From the IMG/VR virus record IMGVR_UViG_3300027575_000004, positions 1 through 58,054 of that record: DNA of 58,054 nt; one strand, written 5' to 3'. Position 1 is the stretch's first letter; each line of letters opens with the position of its first letter. The translations under genes were made by a program, and so were the position numbers. This document shows positions 1 to 8,911 of this stretch, piece after piece. This DNA is from a virus. Taxonomy: Duplodnaviria; Caudoviricetes. The notes beneath the pieces were generated by a model, which was given only the letters and a program-made list of their open reading frames with translations, was not told the DNA's origin and ran no database searches.

Positions 1-94
1 CTGCACTCGCCCCTTTGGATGCGTGTGCAGAGGCGACACGGCGCAAGTTCGTGTCGGCTGCACCTATTGGGTAACAAAGTAAGGAGCAAAAGTC

Positions 95-481
95 ATGCAG
101 TGGTGGTACAGCCAAGACGAAGAGCGCTGGAACGGACCTTGTGAAACACGCGAAGAGGCAATCTCTGAGGGACGCGGCGAATATGACGATGAAGGTTTTA
201 TGGTCATGGAAGCCGAACAGGGCGACTACGACCTTTCAATTTCTGCCGAGCGCATTTTCGATTTTCTAGCAGATCGCAATGAAGAACTGACCGATCCAGA
301 CGACGGCGCGGTATTCTCCGACGCGAAGCCAGAACAAAAGCGCGACCTTGAAAAAGCCATGGCCGCCACGATCAAGGCGTGGGCCGACGCGCATAAGTTA
401 AGCTATCGCGCCTTCATGTTCACGAAGCAGCGGGCAGCGGAAAGTATTCCCGCGCTGGCTTCGGAAACTACTGAAACATAG
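95..481 (+). CDS. hypothetical early phage protein
   Basis: 128-aa ORF with AGGAG RBS; acidic; no recognised family. Confidence 0.7.
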   Translation: MQWWYSQDEERWNGPCETREEAISEGRGEYDDEGFMVMEAEQGDYDLSISAERIFDFLADRNEELTDPDDGAVFSDAKPEQKRDLEKAMAATIKAWADAHKLSYRAFMFTKQRAAESIPALASETTET

Positions 482-670
482 AAGAGGAGCGCCCATGAAC
501 CCGCGCATAGAACACCTCGCCAAAGCCGCCTGTATGGCTTACGTGCATAATCTTCTCAGCCCAACGGCTTCGGACGAAACCTGGGATAATTCGATCGAGC
601 GGGAGAAAGAGGCTTGGAGGGCTGTTGCTGTGGCGGTTCTAGCAGCGAGCGGAGAAGACTAGGAGCGACC

Positions 671-1114
671 ATGCTTGATCGTGCAATCAATATTATAAGC
701 CGTCGCCTTGCGCCACTGAAAAGCGCAGACAAGGTGCGCGCGGCAGTGGCAGAAGCATTCGATATCGAGACTTTTAAGCGATACGAATCCGCTCTGCGGA
801 CAATCGCACTTCAAAGCGATGCAGCCATGGACGGTCGTGATGCGGGGTCGTGGGCGAAGCTGGTTGCGACCAATGCGCTAAAGCCAACTAGCGGCGGGGG
901 AGCAACCATGCAAACGGAAGCACAATTGATCGCGCATTTGAACGAGACGATTGCGCATCTGAAGATGACGCACACTTGCGTCGTGCGTGGCTACGAGCAG
1001 GCGATGGAGGAACTCGGTCGTCAAGGCGACTACGAAGGCAAGGATTGGTCCGAGCCTTACAACTATCTAAAATCGCGCGTGGAACACTTTCGAACCAACG
1101 CGCCTAAAGGCTAA
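671..1114 (+). CDS. hypothetical protein, possibly two cassettes fused in frame (second RBS+ATG at 908)
   Basis: AGGAGCGACC-ATG at 671; internal GGGGAGCAACC-ATG at 908. Confidence 0.55.
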   Translation: MLDRAINIISRRLAPLKSADKVRAAVAEAFDIETFKRYESALRTIALQSDAAMDGRDAGSWAKLVATNALKPTSGGGATMQTEAQLIAHLNETIAHLKMTHTCVVRGYEQAMEELGRQGDYEGKDWSEPYNYLKSRVEHFRTNAPKG

Positions 1115-1125
1115 GGAGTTCTGAG

Positions 1126-1362
1126 ATGCCAATGCGCTGGCGCAAAGGTAAATCTACAGGTCGTTTTCGTGGTGCGAAAACACACGAACTATGGCTCAAC
1201 GGCAAACAGCTAGCGACGGCCCAATCTCACATGATCGATGGGTGCGAGCTGTGGTTCTGGTATGGTGACGGGAAAAATACTTCGCACATCATGATGGACC
1301 TACCTACTGCGAAGGCTGATGCCATTTCGCATTTCAAGAATCGTGCTTATCCAATTAAGTGA
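1126..1362 (+). CDS. hypothetical protein
   Basis: ORF with AAGGAG RBS. Confidence 0.6.
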   Translation: MPMRWRKGKSTGRFRGAKTHELWLNGKQLATAQSHMIDGCELWFWYGDGKNTSHIMMDLPTAKADAISHFKNRAYPIK

Positions 1363-1372
1363 GGAGGAACGG

Positions 1373-1747
1373 ATGTCGGACGACTTCGATATTCACAAGC
1401 TGAAAGGCCTGAAGCACCGCGATCTGCGGCCCTGCATCTTTTGCGGTCTCGGCATGATGCACGATGCGGCGATCACGTTCTATCGCGTCAAGATCGAACG
1501 ATGTGTTGTCGATGTGCGCGAAGTGCAGCGCGCGGCCGGTCTCGAAATGATGATGGGCGGCCACGCTCTGCTCGCGAACGTGATTGGACCTGACGCCGAT
1601 CTGGCGAAGGTGCTCCCTGAAGCGCCAGAGGTTCTTGTTTGCGATGATTGTGCGTGCAGCCGCAATTCGCCGATTGCCTCGATCATGGAGCGCGCGAGCG
1701 ACGCAGAAGCGAATGACGATCCAGAAGTTGAAGCCGCGACGGCTTAG
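1373..1747 (+). CDS. Cys-containing hypothetical protein (CxxC motifs)
   Basis: GAGGAGG RBS before ATG 1373; CIFC and CDDC motifs. Confidence 0.65.
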   Translation: MSDDFDIHKLKGLKHRDLRPCIFCGLGMMHDAAITFYRVKIERCVVDVREVQRAAGLEMMMGGHALLANVIGPDADLAKVLPEAPEVLVCDDCACSRNSPIASIMERASDAEANDDPEVEAATA

Positions 1748-1764
1748 GATAAAGGGAGCAAATC

Positions 1765-2130
1765 GTGTACGACCTAATCGCACATCTGAAGCGGCAACGT
1801 GAATTTTCGCTGAAGACCTTCGGCCCCGGCGACCGTGGCAAAGGCGTTCGCGACCACATCACTAAAGAGCTTGCCGAGATCGAAGCGGAGCGCGTTGGGC
1901 AGCGTCTTGAAGAATGGGTTGACGTGATCCTGCTTGCGTTGGATGGCGCTTGGCGCGACGGACACGAGCCGGAGGAAATTGTTGAAGCTCTTGTCGATAA
2001 GCTGGCGCGCAACGAACTTCGCTCTTGGCCCGACTGGCGAACGCAATCGCCTGACAAGGCTATCGAGCATGTGCGCACGGGCTGTCCGCAGTGTGGTCAT
2101 CGCCATCCGCCAGACGGCATGTGCGTGTAA
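1765..2130 (+). CDS. DUF550-family dATP/dGTP pyrophosphohydrolase (MazG-like)
   Basis: Motifs FSLKTFGPG, DHITKELAEI, EEWVDVILLALDGAWR, RSWPDWR...AIEHVR typical of DUF550. Confidence 0.85.
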   Translation: MYDLIAHLKRQREFSLKTFGPGDRGKGVRDHITKELAEIEAERVGQRLEEWVDVILLALDGAWRDGHEPEEIVEALVDKLARNELRSWPDWRTQSPDKAIEHVRTGCPQCGHRHPPDGMCV

Positions 2131-2918
2131 CAGCAAGGGAGCGGTCATGTTCGGTCTTATGTCAGCCAAGGTGCTTCTAGATCAAACGTTCCCCTCTGAG
2201 GCGGCGGCGCAGCGATGGGGCGAATGGAATGCGCGCGGGCGTGGGACGTACAAGGTTGTGCCGATTGATGCGCAAGGTCGAGCGGTCCTGCCACCGACCG
2301 CGCCACGAGAGGGTGGCTGCTGCTGCGTCTGGCACGCTGATCGCGGTGACCGCCGATGGGGCTGTCCGCAGCACGGAAGCGTAGAAATATTTTGAGTGGA
2401 GATAGACTTGGACCTCGAGAAAGAATTGGGCGTCAGCAACAGCGAAAACAAGCGGCTTCGGGTTGCTTTGGAAGCTATCGAGGGCGGCTCGTTTCCAAAT
2501 GCCAGCACGCTTGCTATCGCGGGCGATTGGAAAGCGATGTATGAAGCACTTCAGACTCTGGCGAGAAACGCGTTGGACAGATAGGGAGTTTGATCGTGAG
2601 TGATAAGAACATTGAGCGACTCAATTTGTTGCTCCTCGCGTGTGGAACCCTCGCGCTGCTCGAATACGACTGCAAAATGCTTTACGAATTCGTTGTGTGG
2701 ACTAAAACATTTTTCTGAGGAGCAAGGTCATGGAACGCGGCAAAGAAAAGTGTGTGGACTGCGAGAAGGATTGCTCGCAGCATCACATCATGTGTGATGA
2801 AGCGAAGGGCGATATTGTTTGGTGCCCGGAATGCTTCGAGAAGACGGCGTGCGCCGCCGGGGTCCACGGTGAAGGTTGCGCCACTTCTGTATTCCACGAC
2901 GCTAGCTGAGGAGCCGCC

Positions 2919-3164
2919 ATGCCGGAAGCGAAACGCATAGGATTTACATGCTGGCCCGCTGGCGACAGCGCGCACCCTTGCAAGTCGTTCGACATCACGC
3001 TCGCGAAGGGTGAGCGCGCAATCGGTCGGCGCGGACAAGGTTACGACCGCCTGCACAAAGAAGCTGGCGAAGCAGGTTGGGTGATCGGGCACATGGACGG
3101 CCAATCCTATTATGCGTGCCCCGACCATGCTGACACTCTTTATGATCCAATCGTCTTGAGATAA
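2919..3164 (+). CDS. hypothetical protein
   Basis: ORF with GAGGAG RBS. Confidence 0.55.
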   Translation: MPEAKRIGFTCWPAGDSAHPCKSFDITLAKGERAIGRRGQGYDRLHKEAGEAGWVIGHMDGQSYYACPDHADTLYDPIVLR

Positions 3165-3378
3165 GAGGAGTTTTGGCGTGAAGATCACCCGTGACCGTAG
3201 AGGCAAAGCAAACATCACGTTTTCACTCAACGACACTTCATTCGATGACTACATGAAGGAAGTCGAGGTGCCCGGCGTTGGGTTGTTTGAAGCGGCTGAG
3301 AGGGTCGCGAAGAAGCGTGGCGTCAAAACCAAAGTCGTGGATTGTCTCTGCGACGATGACGATAGCTGAGAAGCGGCT

Positions 3379-3600
3379 ATGAAGTATCCAAAGACCGAAG
3401 ATCAGAGCGAAGATTTCCAGATGGGGTTTGTCGCTGGCTTGTTTTTCCAAGCAATGCGAGACGGCCGCACAGAATTCAAACACTCAATCTCGCCGGATGG
3501 TGTCGCTTTCGTTTCGGAAATGGCTGAGACCAATGGATATGACGCGAAAGCAATCGAGCTTGAAGATGGCCTGACGGACGTAACCGTCATGCGCAGATAA
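3379..3600 (+). CDS. hypothetical protein
   Basis: ORF in tightly packed early array. Confidence 0.55.
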   Translation: MKYPKTEDQSEDFQMGFVAGLFFQAMRDGRTEFKHSISPDGVAFVSEMAETNGYDAKAIELEDGLTDVTVMRR

Positions 3601-3611
3601 GGAGCAAAAGC

Positions 3612-3848
3612 GTGAAACTCAAGCCTGTTTTTCGTTACGACAACACCCAGCACAAGTTGCGGCTGTTTCGTCTTTTGTGGACGCGGGGTGTCGTCGGCGA
3701 CGGCTACGGCGGTTACTCTGCAAAACTGTCGATCTCGTTTGTCGCGCGCGCCTTCGGTTTCCAGTACGACAAATATTTTGGCTGGCGCGTGACATTCATG
3801 GGGTTGCAGATTCATCATCTGCGATCCTACGGCGGCACAATCGTTTAG
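3612..3848 (+). CDS. hypothetical protein
   Basis: AAGGAG RBS, GTG start. Confidence 0.55.
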   Translation: MKLKPVFRYDNTQHKLRLFRLLWTRGVVGDGYGGYSAKLSISFVARAFGFQYDKYFGWRVTFMGLQIHHLRSYGGTIV

Positions 3849-3864
3849 GAACAAGGGAGCGAAA

Positions 3865-4350
3865 ATGGAAACGCACGGGCTCGACACTGAAGCGCAAGTG
3901 TTCTTCTATGAACAGGATTTCTACGTCCTGTCGAACTTCAGTGCGTTCAACCTTCGCTGGAATGGGAACGTATTTGCCACGACTGAGCACGCCTATCATT
4001 GGGAAAAATTCCGTCGCAACCCAGACAACGGGCGCGCATATCAAATCCGCGGTCGTATCCTCATCGCTCCGTCTGCTCACGAAGCGTTCAAAATTGGACG
4101 AGACGCAGAACGGAGTGAACGGCGCAGCGATTGGGAGGACGTGAAGGTCGGGATCATGGGGGCGCTGATCCGCGCCAAGGTGAGTCAGCACGAGTACGTC
4201 TATCGAAAATTGCTAGCAACCGGCGACCGCGAACTTGTCGAAAATAGTTGGCGCGACGATTTCTGGGGCTGGGGCCCGAACCGCGACGGCAAGAACATGC
4301 TCGGAAAATTGTGGATGCAGGTGCGCGACGAATTGCGCGCCAGTCACTAG
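3865..4350 (+). CDS. NADAR (YbiA-like) family ADP-ribose hydrolase
   Basis: LSNF, TTEHAYH, DWEDVKVGIM, KLLATGDRELVE, DDFWG, GKNMLGKLWMQVR motifs. Confidence 0.92.
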   Translation: METHGLDTEAQVFFYEQDFYVLSNFSAFNLRWNGNVFATTEHAYHWEKFRRNPDNGRAYQIRGRILIAPSAHEAFKIGRDAERSERRSDWEDVKVGIMGALIRAKVSQHEYVYRKLLATGDRELVENSWRDDFWGWGPNRDGKNMLGKLWMQVRDELRASH

Positions 4351-4984
4351 CAGCAAGGGAGTTCTGAGATGTCCAGCAAAGTGCGCGGCCCATTCATCGA
4401 ATACGAATGTTCGAAGTGCGATTGCATTGTGCAGGAAAATGCGGACATGCCGCGTGACCGCATGAGCGAACGTATTGTCGAATTGAACCTGAACCCCGAG
4501 AAGCGCCGCTGTGCTTCATGTGGGCATAGCTGAGGAGTTTTTCGTGAGCAAACGAATGTACGCGGTATTCCGCGACGATAAAGTGTATCTCATCCGGCCT
4601 TTGAAACGAGAGGCGTTGGAAGAGGCTGCGATTTTTCGAATGTGCGGCAGCAGCAAGCACAAATGGTCCGTGCGGGCCGTTACCGTCAACATCTGAAGAG
4701 CGAAGCCCATGCCTCCATTCTATTATTGGTGGAAGTGGAACATCGGTTTCGGTTCTAACGTATGAGCGTGACGATAGTATGTTCGGAATTGGTCAGTGTC
4801 TCGGAAAATTTATTTTCGCCAAGCAAAATGCTGACATTGAAAGCGAGCGTTCCGCTTTTGTCGCCTCTGAAACCTTTATAATTCCTGTGTCAAGTCGAGC
4901 GCGCACCACGATAAATGCCAGTGTTTTATTGGGCTTTGAGACGTTTATAGGCTATAAACTCGGAAATCGGAAAACCCGGTTTGC

Positions 4985-5054
4985 TATACTAGCCCTGTCA
5001 GCTGGAAGTCCGACTGATGGCCCGACCGCTGAAACGGCCGGGCGCTCTTTGACA
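4985..5054 (+). promoter_or_regulatory. putative -10 box followed by hairpin and boxA-like antitermination site
   Basis: GCTATACT (-10 at 4985-4990); hairpin 5020-5043 with CTGAAA loop; CGCTCTTTGACA at 5043-5054. Confidence 0.5.
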
Positions 5055-5067
5055 AACGAATAGGAGA

Positions 5068-5610
5068 ATGAAGATGGAGACGAATATCGTCCCCGTGGGC
5101 GAGCCTGTCAATCGCAATCGGTACAACGTGGCGGTTAACTCGGTTTGGCCCAAAGAGCTTCCGCCGATGACGGATAACGTGGCCCGGAGAGCATTTAGGG
5201 CGCTATATCATCATCGCTTCGGAAAGCCATGGAGAGGCCATAAGCTGAGGATCGTGCGCGGTCGCAGACGGCGGACTTACTGGAATCGGCTCGCACCTGA
5301 TAGTGGCTGGCACGCTTTCATCCATGACCTCTCGCATGATTTCCATGCTAAGCAGTACCCGAAAGAGAAACCGCATGGCCCAATGCATGGAGCGGTCGAG
5401 CGAGACCTGATCGAACAGGTTCTCGCCCGAGGATGGCTTAACGAGGCTCCCAAAGCCCCGAAGGCCAAGCCGGAACGCAACATCATCGGGGAACGGAAAG
5501 CCGCCGTAGCGCTTCGCCTCGCCAAATGGGAAGCGAAACGAAAGCGGGCGGAAACAGCCATTAAGAAGCTGCGCCGCCAGATGACGTATTACGAGCGCAA
5601 GGTGAACTGA
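5068..5610 (+). CDS. basic SprT-like/zincin-like protein with C-terminal coiled coil
   Basis: HDLSHDFH...KPHG resembles the SprT HExxH...HG motif (E replaced by D); K/R-rich C-terminal helix. Confidence 0.55.
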   Translation: MKMETNIVPVGEPVNRNRYNVAVNSVWPKELPPMTDNVARRAFRALYHHRFGKPWRGHKLRIVRGRRRRTYWNRLAPDSGWHAFIHDLSHDFHAKQYPKEKPHGPMHGAVERDLIEQVLARGWLNEAPKAPKAKPERNIIGERKAAVALRLAKWEAKRKRAETAIKKLRRQMTYYERKVN

Positions 5611-5616
5611 GAAACT

Positions 5617-5648
5617 GCCCCGCTGGGAAACTGGCGGGGCTTTTCTTT
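5617..5648 (+). terminator. intrinsic terminator at the convergence of early and late arms
   Basis: GCCCCGC...GCGGGGC stem followed by TTTTCTTT. Confidence 0.8.
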
Positions 5649-5652
5649 GTCG

Positions 5653-5985
5653 TCAGTGCCGCAAAAAGAATGTCGCCACAGATACGATCAACACGACCGC
5701 GCTGAATATCCATCCTCCCATTTCACGGATACCGGAACCTCGCGCACGATTCTCGCCTACCTGAGTCGTCATGGCTTCAAGACGACTTTCGAGATTTTTG
5801 ATTTGCAGGTTGACTTCTACAGTGCGGGCGAAAGTAGCGCCTTGATCGGCTAGCGTTGCTCGGAATTCATTCATCCCGTCAAGACGTTTTTCAGCCGCTG
5901 CTAATGCTGCTTGGACCGCATCGTGTTGATCGGAGAAGCGGCGGTCTACGTATTCCTTCAGAGTCCATGCGTTCCAGCTCCACAC
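5653..5985 (-). CDS. coiled-coil membrane protein (lysis-cassette type)
   Basis: coiled coil followed by C-terminal hydrophobic helix GGWIFSAVVLIVSVATFFL. Confidence 0.65.
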   Translation of the reverse strand: MWSWNAWTLKEYVDRRFSDQHDAVQAALAAAEKRLDGMNEFRATLADQGATFARTVEVNLQIKNLESRLEAMTTQVGENRARGSGIREMGGWIFSAVVLIVSVATFFLRH

Positions 5986-5989
5986 GATG

Positions 5990-6160
5990 TTAGTCCGTCA
6001 GTTTGGAAAGCCAGAGTTCCATTTTGTCTTTCAACGGCCCGGGATTTAACGAGGCGACCATTTCCGCAAATTCCTCGCGCGTGATTTTAGTCCGGGGATT
6101 ACCTCCGTTGGGGCCATCGTCTAGAAGGATGACGCCGCGCGCTCGTGGTAAGCGAGACAT
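5990..6160 (-). CDS. 56-aa protein absent from the ORF track, paralogue of 6165-6380
   Basis: Hand translation MSRLPRARGVILLDDGPNGGNPRTKITREEFAEMVASLNPGPLKDKMELWLSKLTD; fills the gap between neighbours. Confidence 0.65.
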   Translation of the reverse strand: MSRLPRARGVILLDDGPNGGNPRTKITREEFAEMVASLNPGPLKDKMELWLSKLTD

Positions 6161-6164
6161 TAGC

Positions 6165-6380
6165 TTAGGAAGTCGGCAATCTCGTAAACCACATCTCCAC
6201 GATATCCTTTTCAGGGCTTGGAGGTGCGGAATCGAGAAGTGTTTTCAAATCGGCTCTTGGAAGCGATAGCGCCTTTCCAGAGTGTGTATCCGTCATGACG
6301 ATGGGCCAGTTGTCGGGAGCCTGTTCGTCTCCGAGAATGATCCCGCCGCCGCCGCCTTGCTGTTGTCCACCGCCGCTCAT
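6165..6380 (-). CDS. small hypothetical protein
   Basis: overlaps upstream stop; similar to 5990-6160. Confidence 0.6.
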   Translation of the reverse strand: MSGGGQQQGGGGGIILGDEQAPDNWPIVMTDTHSGKALSLPRADLKTLLDSAPPSPEKDIVEMWFTRLPTS

Positions 6381-6712
6381 TTACGATGCTCCTTCGGTTG
6401 AATCGTTAGATTATGAGGCATGAATGTTGCGGGAATTTGAATGCCATGCTGGACGATCAAGCCTTCGAGATTGTTCATCGTCCAGTTTGCGAGGTCCGCT
6501 TGCCTCTGTGCCCTTGCTGCCGCTTCGTAAGCGTCATCGGCTCTATCGTCGGCGCGAGCCGCGAGCCATATACAGAGCATCATTGCGAGGAAGAATATGG
6601 CTAGGACGATGGCAAAGTATTTGATGCCTTCGAGGCCCGAAACGGAAACATTAACCGACTGCCCCGACCCGTTCGTGCGAGCAGCCATCCCCTCAACTTC
6701 GTCGTCCGTCAC
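6377..6712 (-). CDS. single-pass membrane protein
   Basis: hydrophobic YFAIVLAIFFLAMMLCIWLAA segment. Confidence 0.65.
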   Translation of the reverse strand: MTDDEVEGMAARTNGSGQSVNVSVSGLEGIKYFAIVLAIFFLAMMLCIWLAARADDRADDAYEAAARAQRQADLANWTMNNLEGLIVQHGIQIPATFMPHNLTIQPKEHRK

Positions 6713-6981
6713 TTCAGACTTCCTAGAAACTGAAATAGCTCTTGCGCCGGATGGCTGGTTGCCAAAATGAACGCCCCGAGAAGATACAGCAAAATCTTAA
6801 CCTGCGCTATATCCTTACTTTGCCGCCCGAGTTTGCCAGTGAACATGCGGTAGCGCATGGCGCATCTCTCGACGTGCCGATTTAAGTCCTGCGCCTCAGC
6901 CTGATCGGGCGTTCCCAAATCCATCTCTTGTTCATCGTTTCCATTGGAACGTCCGAGATTGAATATCGACACAGAGACCAT
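6709..6981 (-). CDS. membrane protein (holin/XhlA-like position)
   Basis: HVERCAMRY motif followed by C-terminal TM helix. Confidence 0.55.
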   Translation of the reverse strand: MVSVSIFNLGRSNGNDEQEMDLGTPDQAEAQDLNRHVERCAMRYRMFTGKLGRQSKDIAQVKILLYLLGAFILATSHPAQELFQFLGSLK

Positions 6982-7156
6982 GCCCCAGAGTCCGATTGTT
7001 ACGCCGTCACACTGCCGAAATTTTCTTGCGAATACAACCTATAGCATGTGTTAGGGTGCTTCGGTCATTCACTCCTTAAGCCGCCATTTCACGAGCGCGA
7101 TAAACGCGCCTGCGATAAAGAGCCATGCCAGTACGGCGATGAGTTTCCAGAGCATG

Positions 7157-7372
7157 TCACTGTGGGCCCTTGCACGCTTGGCGCAGGGCTTCGTAGTCCT
7201 CTATCCACACTTGCGTCTCACGAGGGTCTTGGGAAAGTTCGTTGAGCAGGACTTGCTGATCGAGGGCGGAATAATTGACCAGCGGAGGGCAATTGATGGG
7301 AGGGGGTGCGGAAGTGCAGCCAGCGAGCGCGGCGCACGATATCACAAAAACTGCGCCCCGCGCGCTACGCAT
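7157..7372 (-). CDS. lipoprotein, putative outer-membrane spanin (Rz1-like)
   Basis: lipobox ALAGC, then Pro-rich PPPINCPPL and DYEALRQAC. Confidence 0.65.
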   Translation of the reverse strand: MRSARGAVFVISCAALAGCTSAPPPINCPPLVNYSALDQQVLLNELSQDPRETQVWIEDYEALRQACKGPQ

Positions 7373-7477
7373 CGTGCCATTCCCATTTCTTGCCGTTGTG
7401 ATCCTGTAAGATGCAGCGCCAGAAGCCGATACGCTTACCTGTGCGATCATCGCGTGCCCAAATGACTTGCCCGACCA

Positions 7478-7843
7478 TCACGCCTTACCGGCTTGAAGTT
7501 GTGCCACGAGCGAAGCCAGCGCCTTGGGCGAGCCTGACGCGGCGGCTATCTGTGGAATAGCCTGCGGATTTTCTGCTACTGTAGAAGCCCCTGTGGCCGT
7601 GGCAGCGGTGATTTTGCCTTTGACAAGATAAGCGTCGGCAACTGACCATCCGTAACTTCCGAGGGCCACGATGACGCCACCAATTGCCGCCGACATGGCC
7701 GCTGCATCGGCTGCTTTTGCCCCGTGAGCCAGCATCCAAGTGGCAACGAATGTTCCTGCGACCGTTCCGAGCCATCTGGCCCCTTTGGCGATTTGAGCGG
7801 CGATCATGCTGTTACCGCCTAGAGCTTGGAGAATTGACCACAT
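7478..7843 (-). CDS. putative holin
   Basis: GAAGGGG RBS before ATG 7843; two TM helices, second ending YGWS. Confidence 0.6.
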   Translation of the reverse strand: MWSILQALGGNSMIAAQIAKGARWLGTVAGTFVATWMLAHGAKAADAAAMSAAIGGVIVALGSYGWSVADAYLVKGKITAATATGASTVAENPQAIPQIAAASGSPKALASLVAQLQAGKA

Positions 7844-7914
7844 GATTTGCCCCTTCGAAGCTTGGGAGAATGTAGCGCGGGAAATGGGGATTTCATAGGG
7901 GGAGATGGGATTAG

Positions 7915-8210
7915 ACAATAGCCCTCACCCCGCTACCCTGCCTGCCAGAGACGCAGGCGGCGGTATCTTGGGACAGGCTTTAGAACGTATAAGCCGGACT
8001 ACATTTTTTCGAGTGCCGCTCGCTGCCATCGGTCGCTACTCCCGCCGATACCGGGATTCTCTGTGTGCTGGCTTTGTATAGGCCCGGGTTATTCCTAGTT
8101 CACCTGCGAAACTGTCGGACGGTACGGGGGTACTACCGCGCTCTTTTCCGGTCTTGGTTAGCGGGGACCGGCAGCCGTGGGCAGCGATATCGGACCGGCT
8201 GATCTACTAG
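7915..8210 (-). ncRNA. candidate structured non-coding RNA (element A); strand inferred
   Basis: ORF-free; complementary pairs 7992-7997/8195-8200, 8020-8027/8180-8187, 8148-8153/8166-8171, 7940-7945/7953-7958, crossing pair 7928-7935/8159-8166. Confidence 0.5.
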
Positions 8211-8213
8211 GGC

Positions 8214-8325
8214 TTGCGCGAAACACGTCCTGTGGCTATATCAAAGCCTTGGACGAATGAGCGCCCGGCACGGCAAATCATTCGGAAGGGCCGGTCGCTG
8301 GTGGCGATTCCGGCCCTTCTCCATT
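8214..8325 (+). promoter_or_regulatory. sigma70-type promoter and short hairpin-ended transcript antisense to the late arm
   Basis: TTGCGC-17-TATATC (8214-8242); 10-bp stem GAAGGGCCGG/CCGGCCCTTC 8285-8319. Confidence 0.5.
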
Positions 8326-8468
8326 TCTAAGCCCACTTTCTCTCAAAAACAAGCGCGACAAGCGGGCCACTCCAAAGCCCGCGTAGGAGCGCGCGAGACT
8401 CAGAAGGTGAAGACCTATGAACGCCTCGTATGAGGCGACTGTAGGATGACGGGAAGGGCACTGAGGCC

Positions 8469-8500
8469 AAAGAAAACGGCGACCCTTTCGAGCCGCCGCC
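8469..8500 (-). terminator. intrinsic terminator
   Basis: minus strand GCGGCGGCTC-GAAA-GGGTCGCCGT-TTTCTTT. Confidence 0.75.
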
Positions 8501-8548
8501 AAGTTAAGCCGGGTATGGGGGCTGGGTGTCCCGGCGATGGAAAGTGGC

Positions 8549-8911
8549 TTAGGAAGCCGCTGTGGTCGATGGCGTCAGGGAATTCGTCACGGACGATTCC
8601 AGAAGGGTGATAATGGCCCGAATCTCTTTCGCCCCTTCCGCCGTTTCGTCGCTCACGAATTCATTCAGCGTGGCTGTGGAGGCAACACCGATAGCGTCAA
8701 GCGTGGACGATCCCGCCGCTACCGCCGCAGCATATTTTGCTTGCCAATATGCGAGGCATTGCGAGAAGATGGCCCTCTGGTCGGGAAGGAATCCATTCGC
8801 AATGACCATGAAACCAGCGCCGAACGCAGCGCCAATCGAGGCCAGTTTCTGTTCCGCGTAATTTTCCAGAGGCGTGATGAGTGCGCCAAGCGCCGTGAGA
8901 ATCCAAGACAT
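8549..8911 (-). CDS. Ala-rich hypothetical protein
   Basis: AAGGAG RBS before ATG 8911. Confidence 0.65.
   Translation of the reverse strand: MSWILTALGALITPLENYAEQKLASIGAAFGAGFMVIANGFLPDQRAIFSQCLAYWQAKYAAAVAAGSSTLDAIGVASTATLNEFVSDETAEGAKEIRAIITLLESSVTNSLTPSTTAAS

Noticed and set aside
1765-2130. DUF550 as sign of a 2-aminoadenine (Z) genome
   Set aside because: No purZ, datZ or phage DNA polymerase recognised; the ATP-grasp gene is PurD-like, not PurA/PurZ-like.
5010-5045. CTGATGG...GAAAC as hammerhead ribozyme
   Set aside because: Core deviates from CUGAUGA and stem II does not form; a simple hairpin before boxA explains it better.
7915-8210. Element A as group I/II intron, RNase P RNA or tmRNA
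   Set aside because: No interrupted gene and none of the diagnostic conserved motifs recognised by eye.
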